Below the pieces are notes generated by a model. It saw only the letters and a list, made by a program, of their open reading frames with translations, made no database searches and was not told the DNA's origin. This document shows positions 1 to 7,000 of a stretch of 7,000 nt of DNA, piece after piece. The stretch is from NCBI GenBank assembly GCA_964016885.1, contig CAXHJY010001333.1, forward strand, positions 1 to 7,000, written 5' to 3'. Origin of the DNA: Eledone cirrhosa. Lineage: Eukaryota. The translations under genes were made by a program, and so were the position numbers. Every line of letters starts with the position of its first letter. Within the stretch, counting starts at the first letter, position 1.

Positions 1-3000
1 ACCTTTACCCCCACACCCACCTCTGCCCCCAGGGTTACACAACCAACACCTTTACCCACACATCCACCTCTGCCCTTAGGGTTACACAACCAACACCTTT
101 ACCCACACAGCCACCTCTGCCCCCAGGGTTACACAACCAACACCTTTACCCACACAGCCACCTCTGCCTCCAGGGTTACACAACCAACATCTTTACCCAC
201 ACAGCCACCTCTGCCCCCAGGGTTACACAACCAACACCTTTACCCACACAGCGACCTCTGCCCCCAGGGTTACACAACCAACACCTTTACCCACACAGCC
301 ACCTCTGCCCCCAGGGTTACACAACCAACACCTTTACCCACACAGCCACCTGTGCCCCCAGGGTTACACAACCAACACCTTTACCCACACAGCCACCTCT
401 GCCCCCAGGGTTACACAACCAACACCTTTACCCCCACAGCCACCTCTGCCCCCAGGGTTACACAACCAACACCTTTACCCACACAGCCACCTCTGCCCCC
501 AGGGTTACACAACCAACACCTTTACCCCAGACAGCCACCACTGCCCCCAGGGTTACACAACCAACACCTTTACCCACACAGCCACCTCTGCCTCCAGGGT
601 TACATAACCAATACCTTTACCCCCACAGCCACCTCTGCCCCCAGGGTTACACAAACAATACCTTTACCCACACAGCCACCTCTGCCCCCAGGCTTACATA
701 ACCAATACCTTTACCCCCACAGCCACCTCTGCCCCCAGGGTCACACAACCAATACCTTTACCCACACAGCCACCTCTGCCCCCAGGGTTACACAACCAAT
801 ACCTTTACCCCCACAGCCACCTCTGCCCCCAGGGTTACACAACCAACACCTTTACCCACACAGCCACCTCTGCCCCCAGGGTTACATAACCAATACCTTT
901 ACCCACACAGCCACCTCTGCCCCCAGGGTTACACAACCAATACCTTTACCCACACAGCCACCTCTGCCCCCAGGGTTACACAACCAATACCTTTACCCCC
1001 ACAGCCACCTCTGCCCCCAGGGTTACACAACCAACACCTTTACCCCACACAGCCACCTCTGCCCCCAGGGTTACACAACCAACACCTTTACCCACACAGC
1101 CACCTCTGCCCCCAGGGTTACACAAACAACACCTTTACCCACACAGCCACCTCTGCCCCTAGGGTTACACAACCAATACCTTTACCCCCACAGCCACCTC
1201 TGCCCCCAGGGTTACACAACCAACACCTTTACCCCACACAGCCACCTCTGCCCCCAGGGTTACACAACCAACACCTTTACCCACACAGCCACCTCTGCCC
1301 CCAGGGTTACACAACCAACACCTTTACCCACACAGCCACCTCTGCCCCCAGGGTTACATAACCAATACCTTTACCCCCACAGCCACCTCTTCCCCCAGGG
1401 TTACACAACCAATACCTTTACCCACACAGCCACCTCTGCCCCCAGGGTTACATAACCAATACCTTTACCCCCACAGCCACCTCTGCCCCCAGGGTTACAC
1501 AACCAATACTTTTACCCACACAGCCACCTCTGCCCCCAGGGTTACACAACCAATACCTTTACCCACACAGCCACCTCTGCCCCCAGGGTTACACAACCAA
1601 CACCTTTACCCACACAGCCACCTCTGCCCCCAGGGTTACATAACCAATATCTTTACCCACACAGCCACCTCTGCCCCCAGGGTTACACAACCAATACTTT
1701 TACCCACACAGCCACCTCTGCCCCCAGGGTTACACAACCAATACCTTTACCCCCACAGCCACCTCTACCCCCAGGGTTACACAACCAACACCTTTACCCC
1801 ACACAGCCACCTCTGCCCCCAGGGTTACACAACCAACACCTTTACCCACACAGCCACCTCTGCCCCCAGGGTTACACAAACAACACCTTTACCCACACAG
1901 CCACCTCTGCCCCTAGGGTTACACAACCAATACCTTTACCCCCACAGCCACCTCTGCCCCCAGGGTTACACAACCAACACCTTTACCCCACACAGCCACC
2001 TCTGCCCCCAGGGTTACACAACCAACACCTTTACCCACACAGCCACCTCTGCCCCCAGGGTTACACAACCAACACCTTTACCCACACAGCCACCTCTGCC
2101 CCCAGGGTTACACAACCAACACCTTTACCCACACAGCCACCTCTGCCCCCAGTGTTACATAACCAATACCTTTACCCCCACAGCCACCTCTGCCCCCAGG
2201 GTTACACAAGCAATACCTTTACCCACACAGCCACCTCTGCCCCAGGGTTACATAACCAATACCTTTACCCCCACAGCCACCTCTGCCCCCAGGGTTACAC
2301 AACCAATACCTTTACCCACACAGCCACCTCTGCCCCAGGGTTACATAACCAATACCTTTACCCACACAGCCACCTCGGCCCCCAGGGTTACACAAACAAC
2401 ACCTTTACCCACACAGCCACCTCTGCCCCTAGGGTTACACAACCAATACCTTTACCCCCACAGCCACCTCTGCCCCCAGGGTTACACAACCAACACCTTT
2501 ACCCCACACAGCCACCTCTGCCCCCAGGGTTACACAACCAACACCTTTACCCACACAGCCACCTCTGCCCCCAGGGTTACACAACCAACACCTTTACCCA
2601 CACAGCCACCTCTGCCCCCAGGGTTACATAACCAATACCTTTACCCCCACAGCCACCTCTGCCCCCAGGGTTACACAACCAATACCTTTACCCACACAGC
2701 CACCTCTGCCCCAGGGTTACATAACCAATACCTTTACCCCCACAGCCACCTCTGCCCCCAGGGTTACACAACCAATACCTTTACCCACACAGCCACCTCT
2801 GCCCCCAGGGTTACACAACCAATACCTTTACCCCCACAGCCACCTCTGCCCCCAGGGTTACACAACGAACACCTTTACCCACACAGCCACCTCTGCCCCC
2901 AGGGTTACACAACCAACACCTTTACCCCCACAGCCACCTCTGCCCGCAGTGTTACACAACCAACACCTTTACCCACACTGCCACCTCTGCCCCCAGGGTT

Positions 3001-4690
3001 ACACAACCAACACCTTTACCCCCACAGCCACCTCTGCCCCCAGGGTTACACAACCAACACCTTTACCCACACAGCCACCTCTGCCCCCAGGGTTACACAA
3101 CCAACTCCTTTACCCACACAGCCACCTCTGCCCCCAGGGTTCCACAACCAACACCTTTACCCACACAGCCACCTCTGCCCCCAGGGTTACACAACCAACA
3201 CCTTTACCCCCACAGCCACCTCTACCCCCAGGGTTACACAACCAACACCATTACCCACACAGCCACCTCTGCCCCCAGGGTTACACAACCAACGCCTTTA
3301 CCCACACAGCCACCTCTGCCCCCAGGGTTACACAACCAACGCCTTTACCCACACAGCCACCTCTGCCCCCAGGGTTACACAACCAATACCTTTACCCACA
3401 CAGCCACCTCTGCCCCCATGGTTACACAACCAGCACCTTTACCCACACAGCCACCTCTGCCCCCAGGGTTACACAACCAACACCTTTACCCCACACAGCC
3501 ACCTCTGCCCCCAGGGTTACACAACCAACACCTTTACTCACACAGCCACCTCTGACCCCAGGGTTACACAACCAACACCTTTACCCCACACAGCCACCTC
3601 TGCCCCCAGGGTTACACAACCAACACCTTTACCCCACACAGCCACCTCTACCCCCAGGGTTACATAACCAACACCTTTACCCACACCTCCACCTCTGCCC
3701 CCAGGGTTACACAACCAACACCTTTACCCCACACAGCCACCTCTGCCCCCAGGGTTACACAACCAACACCTTTACCCCCACAGCCACCTCTGCCCCCAGG
3801 GTTACACAACCAACACCTTTACCCACACAGCCACCTCTGCCCCCAGGGTTACACAACCAACACCTTTACCCCACACAGCCACCTCTGCCCCCAGGGTTAC
3901 ACAACCAACACCTTTACCCCCACAGCCACCTCTGCCCCCAGGGTTACACAACCAACACCTTTACCCACACAGCCACCTCTGCCCCCAGGGTTACACAACC
4001 AACACCTTTACCCCACACAGCCACCTCTTCCCCCAGGGTTACACAACCAACACCTTTACCCCACACAGCCACCTCTGCCCCCAGGGTTACATAACCAACA
4101 CCTTTACCCACACAGCCACCTCTGCCCCCAGGGTTACACAACCAACACCTTTACCCCACACAGCCACCTCTGCCCCCAGGGTTACACAACCAACACCTTT
4201 ACCCCCACAGCCACCTCTGCCCCCAGGGTTACACAACCAACACCTTTACCCACACAGCCACCTCTGCCCCCAGGGTTACACAACCAACACCTTTACCCCA
4301 CACAGCCACCTCTTCCCCCAGGGTTACACAACCAACACCTTTACCCCACACAGCCACCTCTGCCCCCAGGGTTACATAACCAACACCTTTACCCACACAG
4401 CCACCTCTGCCCCCAGGGTTACACAACCAACACCTTTACCCACACAGCCACCTCTGTCCCCAGGGTTACACAACCAACACCTTTACCCCACACAGCCACC
4501 TCTGCCCCCAGGGTTACACAACCAACACCTTTACCCCACACAGCCACCTCTGCCCCCAGGGTTACATAACCAACACCTTTACCCACACAGCCACCTGTGC
4601 CCCCAGGGTTACACAACCAACACCTTTACCCCACACAGCCACCTCTGCCCCCAGGGTTACACAACCAACACCTTTACCCCACACAGCCAC
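1..4690. repeat. 47-bp tandem repeat array (minisatellite/satellite), consensus ACCTTTACCCACACAGCCACCTCTGCCCCCAGGGTTACACAACCAAC, ~99.5 copies, open at the left edge
   Basis: Parsed unit by unit: 99 complete units over 1-4669 (77 x 47 bp, 19 x 48 bp with an extra C, 3 x 46 bp lacking a C) plus a partial unit at 4670-4690. Most units differ from consensus by 0-2 changes. Consensus composition is A13 C22 G5 T7 with no CpG. The array ends abruptly into unique sequence at 4691. Confidence 0.99.
3815..4431. repeat. 285-bp (6-monomer) higher-order tandem duplication inside the array
   Basis: Units at 3815-4099 and 4100-4384 have the same ordered variants: 47 consensus, 48, 47 with C11, 47 consensus, 48 with CTCTT, 48 with ACATAA. 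The identical minus-strand ORFs 3944..4141 and 4229..4426 are offset by exactly 285 bp. Confidence 0.93.
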
Positions 4691-5196
4691 ACCCCTCCCG
4701 CCTATTGCTGTCATTCCAATTGATAATATTCTGTCTTTTCATTACATAAAAAAATATAAAAATTTGGCAATGAGCCTAATAAAAAAAAAAAGTCAATAAT
4801 AATTTTCTATATTTGTTCGAAAGGAAGTATTGACTGTCATTTCAACTCTCTTCTTTGTAACTCTTCCTTTTAAGAGCTCCGACTTATCTCTTTAGGCTCA
4901 TTACAGTTTAAAGAGCACCACTAAGCAGTCTTTTGTGTGTCTACTGAAAGGAAATGAGAATAAGTAAAGTCCTACTGAACCAGTCTATATTAGAAACCAG
5001 CTTTAATCTGGAATGTTAACCCATTTCACAGCATTCACAATTTAATAATAAATGTTTCAGTGCGGACACACGAAGGACCAAGAGCTAGTCAAATGTTAAT
5101 TCATAACAAACCACATGAAACTAGCTTTCATTCTATGTTATAGAGTAGTTTAGTTTTAAATGTTTATATTTATCTAAAACATCCACCAACCTGGCT

Positions 5197-5391
5197 TAAT
5201 AATAGTTTCTGATTTAGACACAAGGCCAACAATTTGGAGGGAAGGGAAAGTCAATTAAATCTACCTCAGTGTGTTACTGGTACTTTATTTTATTGACCCC
5301 GAAAGGATGAAAGGCAAAGCTAACCTTGGCGGGATTTGAACTCAGAATGTAAAGAGCCGTAACTTAATGCCACAAAGTATAATGTCCGACG
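5197..5391 (-). mobile_element. tRNA-derived CORE-type SINE (octopus OR1/OR2-like), 5'-truncated and diverged
   Basis: The minus strand reads ...CTTTACATTCTGAGTTCAAATCCCGCCAAGGTTAGCTTTGCCTTTCATCCTTTCGGGGTCAATAAAATAAAGTACCAGT...AAATTGTTGGCCTTGTGTCTAAATCAGAAACTATTATTA. This contains a Pol III B-box followed by a body I recognise from memory as the abundant octopus SINE (GCCTTTCATCCTTTCGGGGTCGATAAA-AAGTACCAGT) and a short (ATT) tail. The family name was not verified by a search. Confidence 0.85.
5331..5343 (-). promoter_or_regulatory. RNA polymerase III B-box of the SINE
   Basis: The reverse complement of GGGATTTGAACTC is GAGTTCAAATCCC, which matches the GTTCRANNC consensus. No A-box is seen upstream on the minus strand. 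Confidence 0.75.
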
Positions 5392-5500
5392 ATGGTGGTG
5401 ATATGATGATGGTGGAGGTGGTGGTGATGATGGTGGTAATGATGATGGTATGGTGATGATATAGTGGTGGTGGTGGTAAGGGTGATGGTGATGATGATGA
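5391..5500. repeat. Degenerate compound trinucleotide microsatellite (GAT)n/(GGT)n
   Basis: GATGGTGGTGATATGATGATGGTGGAGGTGGTGGTGATGATGGTGGTAATGATGAT...GGTGATGGTGATGATGATGA. It accounts for the poly-His/Pro/Ser ORF 5320..5529(-). Confidence 0.92.
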
Positions 5501-5572
5501 ATGCTATATTCTCCTTCCCCTTCATTCAAAAGAGGAACGCCTGAAACCTTCTCAGTAAATAAATGTATTGAA

Positions 5573-5762
5573 TCCTTCCCTGGATTCTGTGGAACACTGT
5601 CTCACAGTTGGTGGGTTTTACTGCCCTTAATCTTAGGTTCATTATATGTACCTCCAATATACTGGGGTCCTTCCCTGGATTCTGTGGAACACTGTCTCAC
5701 AGTTGGTGGGTTTTACTGCCCTTAATCTTAGGTTCATTATATGTACCTCCAATATACTGGGG
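5573..5762. repeat. Perfect head-to-tail duplication of a 95-bp unique sequence
   Basis: 5573-5667 and 5668-5762 are identical: TCCTTCCCTGGATTCTGTGGAACACTGTCTCACAGTTGGTGGGTTTTACTGCCCTTAATCTTAGGTTCATTATATGTACCTCCAATATACTGGGG. Confidence 0.97.
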
Positions 5763-5844
5763 TTAGAAGGGTTAACTCAGATCATTATAATTGTATGATA
5801 AAACTTGTCCTTGTACCAAACTGTGTAAAAGTATACATATATAA

Positions 5845-6999
5845 AAAGGTAAAGGGGATGCTCTGGAGAGGAGCAATTATAGGGGTATAAAACTGATAGA
5901 TCAGGTTAGGAAAGTGGCAGAAAGGATTTTAGCACAACTAATTAGAGAAAGGGTCAAACTAGATGAGATGCAGTTTGGTTTTGTGCCTGGGAAGAGTACA
6001 ACAGATGCCCTCTTCTTGGTGAGACAATTGCAAGCGAGGTTCTTAGAGAAAAATAAGCCACTATACTTAGCCTTTGTTGACCTAGAGAAGGCCTTTGATA
6101 GGGTACCCCGATCTGTCATCTGGTGGTCCCTAAGGAAGCTAGGTGTTGAGGAATGGCTTGTGAGGACAGTGCAAACTTTGTACAGAGGTGCTCTCAGTAA
6201 AGTCAAGGTAGGAATGAAGTTTAGTGAGGAATTCCAGATACAAGTAGGAGTACATCAGGGTTCGGTCCTCAGCCCGCTCTTGTTCATTATAGTCCTCCAA
6301 GCCATAACAGAGGAGTTTAAGACTGGCTGTCCATGGGAACTTCTCTATCCTGACGATCTGGTTCTTATAGCAGAATCAGTAGAGGAGCTAGAGAATAAAT
6401 TCTGGCTATGGAAACAGCAGTTGGAAGCAAGAGGACTGAGAGTGAATCTAGCTAAGACAAAAGTGTTAATGAGTAGAAAAGAGGAGAAAACCCTGATTCT
6501 GTCAGGGAAATGGCCATGTTCGATATGCAGAAAAGGAACTGGCATAAATTCTATAAAATGCACACAATGCAGATCCTGGGTACACAAGAGATGTAGCGGG
6601 ATAGCAGGCAAACTAACAGGTAGGGAGAAATATGTATGCAGTAGATGTACAGGGAAATTAGACAGTAGAAGTCGCATTGATAGACACATTTTTCAAATGC
6701 AGGAGGGCGCTATAGAAGTGGTGGATAGCTTCCGGTACCTAGGAGATCAGATTAGCATGGGAGGAGGGTGTTCCGAGGCCATAGTATCTAGAATAAGGAC
6801 GGGTTGGAAGCTTAGGGAGCTGCTTCCTCTGTTGCCGAAGAAGGGTTTCTCCCTGCGTACGAAAGGCCGGTTGTATGATGCCTGTGTGAGGAGCGCGATG
6901 CTGCATGGTAGTGAGACATGGGCAGCAACTGCAGAGCATATGCGACGGCTGGAGAGAAATGAGGCAAGCATGCTCCGTTGGATGTGCAGTGTAAATGTG
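5845..6999 (+). CDS. Partial LINE reverse transcriptase ORF (385 uninterrupted codons, frame +1), lacking its N-terminus and with no stop in the window
   Basis: Manual translation: KGKGDALERSNYRGIKLIDQVRKVAERILAQLIRERVKLDEMQFGFVPGKSTTDALFLVRQLQARFLEKNKPLYLAFVDLEKAFDRVPRSVIWWSLRKLGVEEWLV...GVHQGSVLSPLLFIIVLQAITEEFKTGCPWELLYPDDLVLIAES...GLRVNLAKTKVL...[PHD]...EVVDSFRYLGDQI. Motifs: QFGF 5971-5982, DLEKAFD 6079-6099, QGSVLSPLLF 6256-6285, YPDD 6346-6357, KTK 6454-6462, FRYLG 6730-6744. An in-frame TAA lies at 5842-5844 and the first in-frame ATG is at 5968. Probably a non-autonomous copy. Confidence 0.9.
6517..6648 (+). other. PHD-type zinc finger (C4HC3) encoded in-frame inside the RT domain
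   Basis: CSICRKGTGINSIKCTQCRSWVHKRCSGIAGKLTGREKYVCSRC = C-x2-C-x10-C-x2-C-x4-H-x2-C-x14-C-x2-C. It carries the PHD hallmarks W-x-H-x2-C and aromatic-x-C-x2-C. Confidence 0.9.
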
Positions 7000-7000
7000 C

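Larger units (their letters stand above)
5842..7000 (+). mobile_element. Non-LTR retrotransposon (LINE), RTE clade, 5'-truncated, continuing past the window end
   Basis: Similarity starts at KGKGDALERSNYRGIKL (typical RTE YKGKGD...NYRGIKL) directly after AT-rich sequence. No APE endonuclease region is visible upstream. The post-RT segment GRLYDACVRSAMLHGSETW...LERNEASMLRWMC is typical of RTE elements. The + strand is purine-rich. Confidence 0.93.

Noticed and set aside
352-4094. Mucin/extensin-like genes from ORFs 352..1455, 2152..2631 and 2949..4094
   Set aside because: The starts are GTG codons created by point variants. The unit length is not a multiple of 3, 46/48-bp indels switch frames freely, and there is no signal peptide or unique domain.
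3944-4616. Three 65-aa minus-strand ORFs
   Set aside because: They are translations of the satellite, and their near identity merely reflects the 285-bp and 190-bp higher-order steps.
1-4690. CRISPR array
   Set aside because: Units are contiguous with no unique spacers, there are no cas genes, and the context is eukaryotic (SINE and LINE).
4778-4791. AATAAA overlapping an A11 run as a polyadenylation signal or retrocopy tail
   Set aside because: There is no spacing between signal and A-run and no associated gene or TSD. Such runs are common in AT-rich DNA.
5325-5391. tRNA gene
   Set aside because: Only a B-box is present, with no A-box or cloverleaf. It is explained by the tRNA-derived SINE head.
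5320-5529. His-rich 69-aa ORF on the minus strand
   Set aside because: It is a translation of the (CAT/CAC)n microsatellite plus SINE sequence.
5501-5725. 74-aa + strand ORF with a hydrophobic stretch
   Set aside because: It is short, spans the 95-bp duplication in two different frames, and has no recognisable domain.
5016-5775. piggyBac-like ends TTAA-CCC (5016-5022) and GGG-TTAA (5769-5775)
   Set aside because: The inverted match does not extend inward (CCCATTTCAC versus CCCTTCTAAC), so there is no convincing TIR and it is compatible with chance.
5901-6971. Minus-strand ORFs 5901..6206, 6345..6689, 6739..6939 and 6747..6971
   Set aside because: They are antisense shadows of the + strand RT frame, which carries all the conserved motifs.
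5845-6999. Bacterial retron, group II intron or DGR reverse transcriptase, or telomerase
   Set aside because: The motifs NYRGIKL, QFGF, DLEKAFD, QGSVLSPLLF and the downstream GSETW segment are characteristic of non-LTR RTE-type elements.

Overview
Eukaryotic, repeat-dominated window with no host gene detected. It is probably from an octopus, an inference from my recognition of an OR-type tRNA-derived CORE-SINE. Bases 1-4690 are a C-rich 47-bp tandem array (99 full units plus one partial, running off the left edge) with traceable higher-order duplications. The Pro/Thr/His-rich ORFs in the ORF track are by-products of this array. To its right lie an AT-rich spacer, a minus-strand SINE lacking its A-box (~5197-5391), a (GAT/GGT)n microsatellite and a perfect 95-bp tandem duplication. 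From ~5845 to the right edge is a 5'-truncated RTE-clade LINE, missed by the ORF track because it has no stop codon in the window. Its 385-codon open frame encodes a reverse transcriptase with a complete C4HC3 PHD finger inserted between RT motifs 6 and 7, and a YPDD rather than YADD catalytic motif. This is the most interesting feature of the window.
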